45,926 nucleotides of DNA, taken from the NCBI GenBank assembly GCA_964625755.1, contig CAZVBR010000001.1, positions 1 through 45,926 on the forward strand. Reading direction: 5' to 3'. Position 1 is the first letter of the stretch; every line of letters begins with the position of its first letter. The position numbers and the translations under genes were made by a program. Origin of the DNA: an uncultured Candidatus Saccharibacteria bacterium. GTDB lineage: Bacteria > Patescibacteriota > Minisyncoccia > Phycocordibacterales > XYD1-FULL-46-19. A model generated the notes under the pieces. The model was given only the letters and a program-made list of their open reading frames with translations, had not been told where the DNA came from and made no database searches. Positions 1 through 9,794 of this stretch are shown piece by piece.

Positions 1-31
1 GTTGAGTTGTTTATGTTATCGATTCTGTTTG

Positions 32-40
32 TGATATAGT
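32..40 (+). promoter_or_regulatory. extended -10 promoter-like element TGaTATAGT, 8 nt upstream of the uvrB ATG
   Basis: tgtgatatagt read at 30-40. No Shine-Dalgarno fits before ATG 49. The same TGTGATA-A-T motif recurs at other operon starts. Confidence 0.4.
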
Positions 41-48
41 TTTTAGAT

Positions 49-2115
49 ATGAATTTTAGGGTTTCAAGCGAATACTCTCCGGCCGGGGATCAACCGGCAG
101 CCATTGACGCTTTGAGTAAGGGTCTTGAGCTTGATTACCGAGAACAGACTTTACTGGGAGTAACCGGGTCCGGAAAGACTTTTACGGCGGCTAATGTTCT
201 GGCAAATTATGGTAAACCGGTTCTAGTGGTGGCTCATAATAAAACTTTGGCAGCTCAGCTGGCTCAAGAATACCGAAGTTTTTTCCCTGAAGCAGCTGTC
301 TCTTATTTTGTGTCATATTATGACTATTATCAACCGGAGGCGTATTTGCCGAGTACTGATACGTATATAGAAAAAGATGCCGCAATAAACGAAAAGATCG
401 ACCGCCTGCGCCATGCTGCCACTCAGTCTCTTCTAACCAGGAAAGATGTCATTGTGGTCGCTTCGGTGTCGTGCCTTTACGGATTGGGCAGTCCGGAGGA
501 ATATACCAAACAAAATTTATATTTAAATCTGAGGTCAAAAATGAACCGGCAAGATCTCTTGTCTTATTTGGTAAATGTTCATTATGACAGAACTTCAGCC
601 GATCTTACACCGGGTACTTTTAGGTTGATCGGGAATGTTTTTGAGATCATGCCAGCTTCTGAGCAGGTGATCGTGGAAATAGAATTGGCCGACGGAGTGG
701 TTTGGAGTTTAAGGAGGATAGATGCCGTATCTCGGGAAATACTGTCTGAACCCGGAGAAGTTTTTATCTTTCCGGCAAAGCATTTTGTGGTGGAGTCTTC
801 TCAAAGGGTTCAAGCGGTGGAAGCGATCAGAGAGGAATTGGAGGAACAAGTTAAGCGGTTGCAGGCAGAGGGAAAAAATTTAGAGGCAGAAAGATTAAGA
901 CGAAGGACCAATTATGACCTGGCCTACATCAAAGAAGTCGGTTACTGTTCCGGAATCGAGAATTATTCCCGTCATTTATCCGGGCGGGCTCCGGGGGAGG
1001 CTCCGGACACTTTACTGTCTTATTTCCCGAAAACTGCCGAGGGGTATCCTGACTGGCTGACAATTATTGATGAATCCCATGTGACTCTGCCTCAAATTGC
1101 CGGAATGCAGGCCGGAGACGCCAGTCGGAAGAAGACTTTGGTGGAACATGGATTTCGCCTGCCGAGTGCTCTGGACAACAGACCACTTACATTCACCGAA
1201 TTTATGGATAGGGTCGGGCCGATAATCTATACCAGCGCCACTCCCGGGGATCATGAAAAGAATAATTCTCGACAAGTGGTTGAACAGATAATTAGGCCGA
1301 CCGGTTTAATTGACCCCAAGCTTGAAGTTCGGCCGGTGGTGGAGAATAAAAAAAGCGGTTTTCCCGGTCAAGTAAAAGATTTTATCGCGGAAGCTAAGTC
1401 GGAAATAGAGTCCGGTAAACGTGTTTTGGCTACCACTTTGACCAAATCTATGGCTGAAGACTTAAGTGTTTTCTTAAAAGAAAGCGGAGTAAAGTCGGAG
1501 TATATGCACAGTGAAGTTAAGACCCTGGACAGAATAAATATCCTGTCTAATTTTCGAAAGGGGGAGTTTGATTGTTTGGTCGGGGTTAATTTGCTGAGGG
1601 AAGGCTTGGATCTCCCGGAAGTATCTTTTATCGGGATCTTGGATGCCGACAAAGAGGGTTTTTTGCGCTCAGAAACATCTCTGATCCAGACTATTGGCCG
1701 GGCGGCCAGGAATGTCGATGGCCGGGTTATCTTGTATGCGGATAATATGACCGGGTCAATGACTCGCGCCATAGAAGAAACTGATCGAAGAAGAAAGATC
1801 CAGTTAGAATATAACCAAAAACACGGCATCACACCTAAGACCATTTCTAAATCAATTAATGATATCACCGAAAGCATTGAGTCTGAACGAGAAAACACCG
1901 TTAATCGTTTAATGGATATGGATCTTCAGGCCGCCGGGGTGTGGTCAAAAGAAGGAAAGATCAAATCAAAAGAGATCAAAAAATTGATCAAGGAGAAAAA
2001 TAGGCAAATGACCGAAGCGGTTGAGAAGCTGGACTTTGAAACGGCAGCTATTTTGCGGGATGAGATCAAGGAGCTGGAAAAATTGGAGATCAATTCAAAC
2101 GGGGCCGGGAAATAA
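49..2115 (+). CDS. uvrB: excinuclease ABC subunit B (UvrB)
   Basis: 688 aa. Walker A GVTGSGKT, helicase motifs (DESH, TSATPG), C-terminal UVR motif DFETAAILRDEIKEL. Full-length UvrB architecture. Confidence 0.97.
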   Translation: MNFRVSSEYSPAGDQPAAIDALSKGLELDYREQTLLGVTGSGKTFTAANVLANYGKPVLVVAHNKTLAAQLAQEYRSFFPEAAVSYFVSYYDYYQPEAYLPSTDTYIEKDAAINEKIDRLRHAATQSLLTRKDVIVVASVSCLYGLGSPEEYTKQNLYLNLRSKMNRQDLLSYLVNVHYDRTSADLTPGTFRLIGNVFEIMPASEQVIVEIELADGVVWSLRRIDAVSREILSEPGEVFIFPAKHFVVESSQRVQAVEAIREELEEQVKRLQAEGKNLEAERLRRRTNYDLAYIKEVGYCSGIENYSRHLSGRAPGEAPDTLLSYFPKTAEGYPDWLTIIDESHVTLPQIAGMQAGDASRKKTLVEHGFRLPSALDNRPLTFTEFMDRVGPIIYTSATPGDHEKNNSRQVVEQIIRPTGLIDPKLEVRPVVENKKSGFPGQVKDFIAEAKSEIESGKRVLATTLTKSMAEDLSVFLKESGVKSEYMHSEVKTLDRINILSNFRKGEFDCLVGVNLLREGLDLPEVSFIGILDADKEGFLRSETSLIQTIGRAARNVDGRVILYADNMTGSMTRAIEETDRRRKIQLEYNQKHGITPKTISKSINDITESIESERENTVNRLMDMDLQAAGVWSKEGKIKSKEIKKLIKEKNRQMTEAVEKLDFETAAILRDEIKELEKLEINSNGAGK

Positions 2116-2259
2116 AGGTATTTTGAATTGATCCAGTGACCGAAGAACAGAATATATCTTGATAGTCAAGTTCGTTTTTTTATGGTATAGTCACAATAAA
2201 TTGTCCGGTAATTGATGGCGAACATCAAGGTTTTTTATTTGACGTTAAGTGATCGACGA

Positions 2260-4908
2260 ATGAATGAGAAATATATAAATATCAAAGGAGCTCGGACTCA
2301 TAATTTATCAATAGAAAAATTGAGTATTCCGCGAGATAAGCTGGTGGTGTTAACTGGTATTTCCGGTTCCGGCAAATCAAGCCTGGCTTTCGATACGATC
2401 TTTGCGGAGGGTCAGAGACGTTACATTGAGTCATTATCGGCCTACGCCCGTCAGTTTTTAAAGCAGATGCCGAAGCCGGATGTTGATGAGATAAGCGGTT
2501 TGTCGCCGGCTATTTCGATCGATCAAAAAACTCGCTCGGGCAATCCTCGTTCTACTGTGGCCACGATCACTGAGATCTATGACCATCTCCGGGTTTTATT
2601 TTCCCGGATCGGTAAGCCTCATTGTTTGGTGTGTGGCAAGTTGATCAAGAAAATGAGTCATCAAGAAATAATTGATCTGATCTTGGGGCAGATCGAGAAA
2701 GCGATAAACGATTCAAAGATCGAGTCGATGTCGATTCAGATCTATGCTCCGTTGGTGCGTGGCCGGAAGGGGGAGTACTATCAATTGCTCTATGATCTCT
2801 TGGATAAGGGGTACCGGGAGGTGTTGATCAATGGTCGACGGCATAAATTACGGGAAAGAATTTTTCTCTCCCGCCAAAAGCGTCATGATATTGATGTTCT
2901 GGTTGATGAAATTGATATAAATGAACTGTTATCGATCGGATCCGGTCAGGCGACCGTCAAAGGGTCGGTAGCCAAATTAATTCAAGAAGGGGCAAGAGAA
3001 CGGCTGGCGGAAGGCGTAGAGAGGTCGCTTAATGAATCGGATGATCTGGTTCGGCTGGTGGTCGGGGAATCCGGCAGATCAGAGAAAGTGCTTGATCAGG
3101 CTTACTCGCAACACTTGATCTCGGCTAAATTCTCTTGCCCGGAAGATGGTTTTTCCTATCCGGAAATAGAGCCCAGATTATTCTCTTTTAATTCTCCTTA
3201 CGGAGCTTGTCCGAGTTGTCATGGGTTGGGGACTGAGCATTTGTTTGGCGAAAAACTGTGCTCGGCCTGTCAAGGTACTCGCCTAAGACCGGAAGCTCTG
3301 GCGGTTCGAATCGGGGGGAGCGAAGATCAGCCCGGGAAAAATATTGTTGAAATTACCGAATTATCTATTCGGGATGCTTATGATTTTTTTGGTTCCTTGA
3401 ATTTGACTCAAGCCGAGCAGACCATCGCCGAGATGCTCCTAAAAGAGATCACTGATCGTTTGGGTTTTTTGTTGTCGGTCGGTTTGGATTACATTACTTT
3501 GAATCGGAAAGCCGGAACTTTATCCGGCGGGGAAGCGCAGAGGATCAGATTGGCTTCTCAGTTAGGTTCTCGCTTGGTCGGCACTCTGTATGTTCTGGAT
3601 GAGCCGACGATCGGGTTACATCCTCGGGATAACGATCGTTTGATAAAAACTCTCCAAGAGTTAAAGAACTTGGGTAATACCATCATTGTTGTTGAGCATG
3701 ATCCGGAAACTATCTACTCTTCGGATTGGTTGGTTGATATCGGGCCGGGGGCCGGGCGACACGGTGGAAAGGTGGTTGTTTCGGAAAAGACCGAGAAGCT
3801 GTTAACTGAGAAAGAAAATAATTTTGGGTCCTTAACGGTAGATTATTTGCGGGAAGAAAGGGTGGTACCGGTTCCGGAGAAAAGGCGTACCGCCAAAAAG
3901 GGCAGTTTAAAGATCAGAGGAGGTCGAGTGTTTAATTTGAAGAATATAAATCTAGATCTTCCTTTGGGGAAATTAGTGACCGTAACAGGGCTGTCCGGTT
4001 CCGGTAAGTCGAGTTTGGTTTATGAAATAATATACAAGAATCTTCAGGCCAGATTTGATCGTCGGTATCGAAGTAATGAAGTATTTAATTGTAAGAGTTT
4101 TTCCGGGGTTGAGTATCTAAGCCGGGCTATATTGATCAATCAATCTCCAATTGGTAGGACCCCCCGGTCGAATCCGGTAACTTATGTCGGAGCTTGGGGT
4201 TACATCCGGGAATTGTTGGCCTCAACCGAGTTAGCCCGGGCTCGGGGTTGGAAGCCGGGAAGGTTCTCATTTAATGTCAAAGGAGGAAGATGTGAAGCCT
4301 GTCAGGGTAAAGGGTCGGTGGCGGTAGAGATGCATTTTTTGCCGACAATCTATGTAACATGCGATGTTTGCGGCGGTCGGCGGTTTCGTCAAGACACTTT
4401 GGAAGTAAGATACAATAAAAAAAATGTTGATGACATTCTTCAGTTGACAGTCGAAGAGGCTTTGGAGTTTTTTGCGGATATTCCGGCTATTCATGATCGG
4501 TTAGCTACTTTGGCCGAAGTCGGACTTGGTTATCTGTGTTTGGGGCAATCGGCGACTACTTTATCCGGCGGGGAAGCTCAAAGGGTCAAGATCTCCTCGG
4601 AGCTGTATCGCCCTCTGACCCGGAAAACCATTTATATTTTAGACGAGCCGACCGTGGGGCTGCATTATGAGGATGTGAACAATCTGGTTGCGGTTTTGCA
4701 GAAGTTGGTGGAACGAGGTAATACTGTGATCGTTATAGAACACAACTTGGACGTGATCAAAAATTCTGATCATATAGTTGATCTGGGGCCGGAGGGCGGA
4801 GACAAGGGGGGCAAGATAGTGGCGGTAGGGACTCCGGAGAATATCTCTCAGGATCACAGATCGATCACCGGAAAATACCTAAAAAAGGTCTTACCCAAGA
4901 GAAAATGA
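2260..4908 (+). CDS. uvrA: excinuclease ABC subunit A (UvrA)
   Basis: ORF opens at TTG 2212 / ATG 2215. ATG 2260 gives the canonical N-terminus MNEKYINIKGARTHNL. Two ABC modules (GISGSGKSS, GLSGSGKSS; two LSGGEAQR signatures) and Cys-rich zinc modules. The start codon is uncertain (2212, 2215 or 2260). Confidence 0.95.
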   Translation: MNEKYINIKGARTHNLSIEKLSIPRDKLVVLTGISGSGKSSLAFDTIFAEGQRRYIESLSAYARQFLKQMPKPDVDEISGLSPAISIDQKTRSGNPRSTVATITEIYDHLRVLFSRIGKPHCLVCGKLIKKMSHQEIIDLILGQIEKAINDSKIESMSIQIYAPLVRGRKGEYYQLLYDLLDKGYREVLINGRRHKLRERIFLSRQKRHDIDVLVDEIDINELLSIGSGQATVKGSVAKLIQEGARERLAEGVERSLNESDDLVRLVVGESGRSEKVLDQAYSQHLISAKFSCPEDGFSYPEIEPRLFSFNSPYGACPSCHGLGTEHLFGEKLCSACQGTRLRPEALAVRIGGSEDQPGKNIVEITELSIRDAYDFFGSLNLTQAEQTIAEMLLKEITDRLGFLLSVGLDYITLNRKAGTLSGGEAQRIRLASQLGSRLVGTLYVLDEPTIGLHPRDNDRLIKTLQELKNLGNTIIVVEHDPETIYSSDWLVDIGPGAGRHGGKVVVSEKTEKLLTEKENNFGSLTVDYLREERVVPVPEKRRTAKKGSLKIRGGRVFNLKNINLDLPLGKLVTVTGLSGSGKSSLVYEIIYKNLQARFDRRYRSNEVFNCKSFSGVEYLSRAILINQSPIGRTPRSNPVTYVGAWGYIRELLASTELARARGWKPGRFSFNVKGGRCEACQGKGSVAVEMHFLPTIYVTCDVCGGRRFRQDTLEVRYNKKNVDDILQLTVEEALEFFADIPAIHDRLATLAEVGLGYLCLGQSATTLSGGEAQRVKISSELYRPLTRKTIYILDEPTVGLHYEDVNNLVAVLQKLVERGNTVIVIEHNLDVIKNSDHIVDLGPEGGDKGGKIVAVGTPENISQDHRSITGKYLKKVLPKRK

Positions 4909-4960
4909 TGAGTCAAGCAAGTTAAAATTCGATCCTCGGGTCAAAATAAAATAGGAGTTT

Positions 4961-6193
4961 ATGAACCTTGAAGATATTAAAGAAAAAAATCTCCCTGATA
5001 GACCGGGGGTGTATATGTTCTGTCGGGGTCGAGAGGTTCTGTATGTCGGCAAAGCGGCTTCTCTGGTCGATCGGGTTAGGAGCTACTTTAGTTCCCATGC
5101 GATCAATAGCCGGGGTGTGAAGATACAACATCTAATGGAGACGGCCAACCGGGTTGATTGGCAAGAAACCGATTCGGTTTTGGAGGCTTTGATGCTTGAG
5201 AGTGTTTTGATCAAGCAATATCAACCTCGATATAATACCAGGGAAAAAGATGATAAGAGTTTTTGGCAAGTAATTATTACTAAAGAATTGTATCCTCGAG
5301 TTTTGCCGGTCCGGAGTAAGCAGCTGGCCGGCGACTGGGACCCGGATGATATTCAGGAAGTTTTCGGCCCTTTTCCTAATGCTAAAGAATTAAAGGTGGC
5401 CCTGAAACTTATTCGTCGGATCTTTCCTTTTAGGGATAAATGCACACCGGATCAAGGTCGACCCTGTTTTGATCATCAGTTGGGTTTATGTCCCGGGGTG
5501 TGTGTCGGGGGTGTTGATGTTCGGGTATACAATCGGACCATTGGTCAATTAAAGTTGTTTTTTCGAGGGAAGAGACAGGCCCTGAAGAAGACCCTTGACC
5601 GACAGATGAAGCAGGCTGCTAAATCAGGTCGTTTTGAGGAAGCGGCGGTCATTCGAGATAGGGTTTGGGCGTTACAACATGTGCAAGATGTGGCTTTGTT
5701 GACACGGGATGAATTAAAGACCGGGGAGAGAATCGAGGCTTACGACGTGGCTCATTTATCCGGATCAAATACTGTGGGAGCTATGGCGGTAGTGATCGGG
5801 GGTCAGCCGACTAAAGAAGAGTACCGCCGATTCAATATTAAAGAAATTAAAGCTGGAGAAATAAACGATCCGCGTAGTGTGGCCGAGATATTGTTTCGCC
5901 GATCAAAACATTCTGAATGGCAAGCTCCGGACCTGGTCGTGGTAGATGGGGGAGTAGCTCAAATCCGAGCCGCCGAAAGGGTGTTAAAGGGAAAGGATCT
6001 GTCCTGGCCGGTAGTGGGGGTGGTAAAAGATGACCGTCATAAACCCAAGGATATTATTAATAGCCAGGGCACTTCGTTGGCGGCCACAGGAAAAATGGAG
6101 CCGGCAAAACAGACCTCGGTGTTGTTGGCGGCCAGTGAGGTCCATCGGTTCGCATTGTCTTTTCACAGAAAAAAACGAAAAAACATGCTATAA
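4961..6193 (+). CDS. uvrC: excinuclease ABC subunit C (UvrC), compact form lacking the C-terminal (HhH)2 domain
   Basis: 410 aa. GIY-YIG (GVYMFCRGREVLYVGKA...YNTREKDD), UVR motif (RFEEAAVIRDRVWALQ), RNase-H-like endonuclease motifs (IEAYDVAH, VVDGGVAQ, EVHRFALSFHRKKR). The ORF stops 12 aa after the HRFA motif. AGGAG at 4953-4957 precedes the ATG. Confidence 0.9.
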   Translation: MNLEDIKEKNLPDRPGVYMFCRGREVLYVGKAASLVDRVRSYFSSHAINSRGVKIQHLMETANRVDWQETDSVLEALMLESVLIKQYQPRYNTREKDDKSFWQVIITKELYPRVLPVRSKQLAGDWDPDDIQEVFGPFPNAKELKVALKLIRRIFPFRDKCTPDQGRPCFDHQLGLCPGVCVGGVDVRVYNRTIGQLKLFFRGKRQALKKTLDRQMKQAAKSGRFEEAAVIRDRVWALQHVQDVALLTRDELKTGERIEAYDVAHLSGSNTVGAMAVVIGGQPTKEEYRRFNIKEIKAGEINDPRSVAEILFRRSKHSEWQAPDLVVVDGGVAQIRAAERVLKGKDLSWPVVGVVKDDRHKPKDIINSQGTSLAATGKMEPAKQTSVLLAASEVHRFALSFHRKKRKNML

Positions 6194-6194
6194 T
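6186..6194 (+). promoter_or_regulatory. extended -10 promoter-like element TGcTATAAT overlapping the uvrC stop, 8 nt upstream of the kinase ATG
   Basis: tgctataat read at 6186-6194; the next ORF starts at 6203 with no SD. Confidence 0.4.
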
Positions 6195-6202
6195 ATGTTT
6201 AT

Positions 6203-7699
6203 ATGACGGAGCTGGAAAGATACAAATTAAGTCTTAGTTATCGATTAATAGCCTGGCGTTGGTTTTACCTTTTTGTTGGCCTTTTTTTGGTTTTTGGTCT
6301 TGGGGGGGTGGGTTTGAGTTTTTTTGATACCTCGTTGCCGGTATCCGTTGAGTGGCTGGCGGTCTTTTTTCTGTTTGGTTTTCTCTTCAATGGTTTGCTG
6401 TGGTTTGTAAGTAAATATGTTGAAATTCGGAAGAACGGGGGACTGTTTCAGGCTTTGGCCTGGCTAAATGTTCTCGGGGATCTGTTCTGGGTCACTATTT
6501 TGTTTTATCTTCTTCAGGGTGATATTTTCCTGTTGGCCCCTTTCTATTTTTGGCCGATAATTTCAGGGATCGTGCTGTTTAGTTTCCCGGTGGCCTTGGC
6601 AAATGTTCTTTTGGTGATCGGGGTTTTCAATTTTATGATCTGGGGGGTTTTCGGAGGGGAGATGTCCTCACTCATTCTTTCCTCATCGGCGATGGCTAAT
6701 TTTTCTGATACTTATATTTGGTTCTTGTCGATCTTTTGGACGGTATTTTACTTAATATTTGGAAGTCTTTTGGCCTATCAGTACCGGTTGGTGAGGTCGT
6801 TGAATGTATTTGCTTGGCAATTGGCAAGTTCAGATCCGGAATTTGGCCCTAAAGAAGCCTCTCTTGGGGAGAAAGAGAAACGGGCGTATGAAAAAAAGAT
6901 CTCTCAGCTTAAAAGACTGTTGACGTCTAAAGACCTGGAAATAAAAATGATCAATCAACAACTTAATGAACTGGAAAAAGCAAAATCAAAATTCATCTCA
7001 GTTTCGACCCATCAGATGCGTACTCCGCTCTCGGCGATCAAGTGGACTTTAAATATGATGTTGTCCCGGCAGTTGGGAGATATCAATGAAGAGCAAGAGG
7101 AATTTTTACAGAAAGGTTTCGATAGTACTCAGCGTTTGATAGGGATCGTTAATAATTTAATGCACGTGGGAGATGTTCAAAATAACCCGGAGGAATTTAA
7201 TTGGCACTCGGTGGATCTGGTGGAGTTAATAAAAAAAGTGATGACAGAGTTTGAGAATCAAACCTCGGGTAAGGACATTGATCTGAAATTCATTCAACCA
7301 AAAAACAAGGTCCCTCCGGTTGAAGCTGACATTGATAAATTGAAAATCGTGCTCGAGAATTTGTTGGATAATGCTATAAAATACAGCCCTTCGGGAAAGA
7401 GGGTGACAATCAGACTTTCAGATGATAGAATGAACACGGCTCATGGTAGCTTGGAGGTGTCGGTGGAGGATGAAGGAATCGGGATACCGGAAAAGGAGCA
7501 GAAAAAGATAGCTCATAAATTCTTTCGAGCTTCCAATGCTGTTAATGCCGAGCCGGATGGTAGCGGAATCGGGCTTTATATCTGTAAAGATCTGATCGAA
7601 AAACATGGCGGAACAATGTGGTTTAAGAGTGCAGAAGGGGAAGGAACGACTTTTTATTTCACCATACCATTACAAAAACCTGATAAGGGAAAAAAGTGA
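6203..7699 (+). CDS. membrane sensor histidine kinase
   Basis: 498 aa. About 6 N-terminal TM helices, a coiled linker, HisKA H-box STHQMRTPLSAIKW, and HATPase N/G boxes (LLDNAIKYS, DEGIGIP, GSGIGLYI). Confidence 0.9.
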   Translation: MTELERYKLSLSYRLIAWRWFYLFVGLFLVFGLGGVGLSFFDTSLPVSVEWLAVFFLFGFLFNGLLWFVSKYVEIRKNGGLFQALAWLNVLGDLFWVTILFYLLQGDIFLLAPFYFWPIISGIVLFSFPVALANVLLVIGVFNFMIWGVFGGEMSSLILSSSAMANFSDTYIWFLSIFWTVFYLIFGSLLAYQYRLVRSLNVFAWQLASSDPEFGPKEASLGEKEKRAYEKKISQLKRLLTSKDLEIKMINQQLNELEKAKSKFISVSTHQMRTPLSAIKWTLNMMLSRQLGDINEEQEEFLQKGFDSTQRLIGIVNNLMHVGDVQNNPEEFNWHSVDLVELIKKVMTEFENQTSGKDIDLKFIQPKNKVPPVEADIDKLKIVLENLLDNAIKYSPSGKRVTIRLSDDRMNTAHGSLEVSVEDEGIGIPEKEQKKIAHKFFRASNAVNAEPDGSGIGLYICKDLIEKHGGTMWFKSAEGEGTTFYFTIPLQKPDKGKK

Positions 7700-7735
7700 G
7701 ATGATTTATTAATAATTGTTAATCAATGTCTAGTT

Positions 7736-8119
7736 ATGTCCAATGAAGATAATAGTACTATTTTAATTGTAGAAGATGATGAGTTTCTGCGCTCTCTAGC
7801 GGCCAAACGATTGGAGAAGGAAAATTACACCGTTGAAGTGGCTATAGATGGTGAAAGTGCCGTGGCGGCGGTAGAAAAATTTAAGCCGGATCTGATCCTT
7901 CTTGATCTTTTGCTTCCCGGTATGAACGGGTTTGAGGTGTTAGAGAAATTGAAAGCAGACGAGACCTTAAAAGAGATCCCGGTTATTGTTTTCTCTAACT
8001 TGGGTCAACAAGAAGACCTAGAAAAGGCTAAAAATCTGGGGGCTAATGATTTTTTGATCAAGGCGAATTTCACCTTGGATGATGTAATTGAAAAAGTTAG
8101 AAATTATTTGACAGGCTAA
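7736..8119 (+). CDS. single-domain (receiver-only, CheY-like) response regulator
   Basis: 127 aa. ILIVEDDE, phospho-acceptor context LILLDLLLPGMNG, FSNLG, and K in FLIKA. No output domain. Confidence 0.9.
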   Translation: MSNEDNSTILIVEDDEFLRSLAAKRLEKENYTVEVAIDGESAVAAVEKFKPDLILLDLLLPGMNGFEVLEKLKADETLKEIPVIVFSNLGQQEDLEKAKNLGANDFLIKANFTLDDVIEKVRNYLTG

Positions 8120-8128
8120 ATAATATAA

Positions 8129-9094
8129 ATGTCAAAAGTCAGGGTCGGAGTATTAAGAGGCGGGCCGAGCTCTGAATATGAAGTATCTCTTAAAACCGGG
8201 GCTTCGGTTTTGGAGAGTTTAGGTGTGAATTATCGTCCGGTTGATCTGTTGGTCACCAGAGAGGGTTCTTGGTTTTGTGGCGGGTTACCGACCGACTTGG
8301 TTAGTTTGAGTCGCCAGGTTGAGGTGGTGATAAATGCTTTACACGGCCGATTTGGAGAAGATGGCCAAGTCCAGAAGATGTTGGATCGGGTTATGATCCC
8401 GTATTCCGGTTCCGGTCCGTTGAGTTCGGCGATCGGGATAAACAAGATCTTAACTAAAAGATCCCTGTCCGGTTTGCCGGTCAGAATGCCGTACGGACTT
8501 CACTTAAATTTGAGTTCTGATAAACAGGAGTTAGCCGAACAGGTGTTTCGGCGTCTGTCACCGCCTTGGGTGTTAAAGCCGATCGATCAGGGTTCTTCTT
8601 GCGGAGTGGCCGTGGTGGATAATTTTTCCGATCTGGTCGCGACCCTCGAGGAAGGTGCAAGGGTGTTTGATGAGTTGTTAGTCGAGGAATATATTTTTGG
8701 GCGCGAGGCAACGGTCGGGGTGGTCGAAAAATTTCGAGGCCATCATCATTACACCCTCCCGGTGGTAGAAGTTAAATTGCCGCTCAATAGTCGTTTTTTT
8801 GATTATAATACCAAGTACGCTATTTCTAATGACAACGTATGTCCCGGGCGATTTACTGAAGAAGAAAAAACATTCTTGCAAACGATGGCCGTAGCGGTTC
8901 ATCAAAAATTGGGTCTGCGTCATTATTCCCGGAGTGATTTTGTGGTTACTTCTCGGGGGGTGTATTTTTTGGAGGTCAATACTTTACCCGGTTTAATGCC
9001 TCACTCTTTATTCTCTCAGTCTCTTGAGGCTGTCGGTTGCTCCCGGACTCAATTTTTAGATCATTTAGTGAAATTGATCAAAAATAAGGTCTAA
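8129..9094 (+). CDS. ddl: D-alanine--D-alanine ligase
   Basis: 321 aa. N-terminus VGVLRGGPSSEYEVSLKTG, ATP-grasp core, C-terminal YFLEVNTLPGL motif. Confidence 0.9.
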   Translation: MSKVRVGVLRGGPSSEYEVSLKTGASVLESLGVNYRPVDLLVTREGSWFCGGLPTDLVSLSRQVEVVINALHGRFGEDGQVQKMLDRVMIPYSGSGPLSSAIGINKILTKRSLSGLPVRMPYGLHLNLSSDKQELAEQVFRRLSPPWVLKPIDQGSSCGVAVVDNFSDLVATLEEGARVFDELLVEEYIFGREATVGVVEKFRGHHHYTLPVVEVKLPLNSRFFDYNTKYAISNDNVCPGRFTEEEKTFLQTMAVAVHQKLGLRHYSRSDFVVTSRGVYFLEVNTLPGLMPHSLFSQSLEAVGCSRTQFLDHLVKLIKNKV

Positions 9095-9099
9095 CTTGG

Positions 9100-9744
9100 T
9101 TAATTAATGCGACTTGTTTCGATCAGTTGCATTAAGTCTCTTTGAGTTTGCTGGTTTTCCGGTTCATAGACGGCCAAAAAAAGATGCATTTTTCTGTATT
9201 CTTGACCGGGAATAACAAAAACATCGTACTCATTTTGACGAGAACCTCTCTCTGAAGACAGCCAGGCCATTTTGCGGCCGTCGTATAGCGCCCATCTGGT
9301 TCGGTGATCTAAGTCTAGGATGTCTTGAGAATGATCATTCAGCCAGATCTCAGTCCGAAGTTGTCCCGGATTATCAATGGAGTGAATTAAGATGGTTTCA
9401 GGGGGAATGTTTGATAAGCTCTCAGGATATCTGCTTTTAGTGCTTGGAGAGAAATTGGGATTAAAGATAATGGAATTGATGGTATTTTGGTTTTCCGGTG
9501 AGATATCTTCGTAATGGTACCGGCTCATATCGGGGGTGGTGGAAAATGATATATCAGTTAATTTTTCATCCCATGAAGATGAAGACCTGTCGGAATCGAG
9601 TTCTTGGTATTCTTCAAGGCGGGGGATGGTTCTTATTATTTCTTCCGGTTCGGTGAGGCCGAATATGGTTAAGTAGAAAATACCCCCTGTTGCCACTAAG
9701 GCAATTACTACCGCTAGGCCAATATGTAATTCTTTCTCGGACAT
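9100..9744 (-). CDS. hypothetical membrane-anchored protein
   Basis: 214 aa. One N-terminal TM helix (IGLAVVIALVATGGIFYLTIF), then a Ser/Asp/Glu-rich linker and a globular C-terminal part. No motif recognised. Convergent with ddl across a 5-nt gap. Confidence 0.6.
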   Translation of the reverse strand: MSEKELHIGLAVVIALVATGGIFYLTIFGLTEPEEIIRTIPRLEEYQELDSDRSSSSWDEKLTDISFSTTPDMSRYHYEDISPENQNTINSIIFNPNFSPSTKSRYPESLSNIPPETILIHSIDNPGQLRTEIWLNDHSQDILDLDHRTRWALYDGRKMAWLSSERGSRQNEYDVFVIPGQEYRKMHLFLAVYEPENQQTQRDLMQLIETSRIN

Positions 9745-9794
9745 AATTAGAAAATCATTAATTATTAAACGAATGACTGATTACAATTTTTAAA

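Noticed and set aside
1368-1898. Long antisense ORFs in the six-frame track (for example 1368-1898 -, 10867-11181 -, 14225-14677 +, 20734-21129 -, 31909-32361 -, 33935-34213 -)
   Set aside because: Each lies entirely within, and opposite to, a gene with strong family-level motifs. Their translations are low-complexity or Arg/Ser/Pro-rich shadows with no recognisable motifs or independent start signals.
2212-2259. N-terminal extension of UvrA (TTG 2212 / ATG 2215) and similar extensions for ychF (18591), leuS (19823), rplM (36266) and the PlsC-like gene (41169)
   Set aside because: The conserved N-termini of these families begin at the downstream ATGs (2260, 18654, 19850, 36281, 41214). The upstream extensions are hydrophobic or unconserved, and for rplM the extension would overlap rplQ. 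The uvrA and plsC-like starts remain somewhat uncertain.
2355-4010. Repeated ggttccggyaartc-type nucleotide strings
   Set aside because: They encode the two Walker A loops (GSGKSS) of the internally duplicated UvrA ABC modules. This is a protein-level duplication, not a repeat element.
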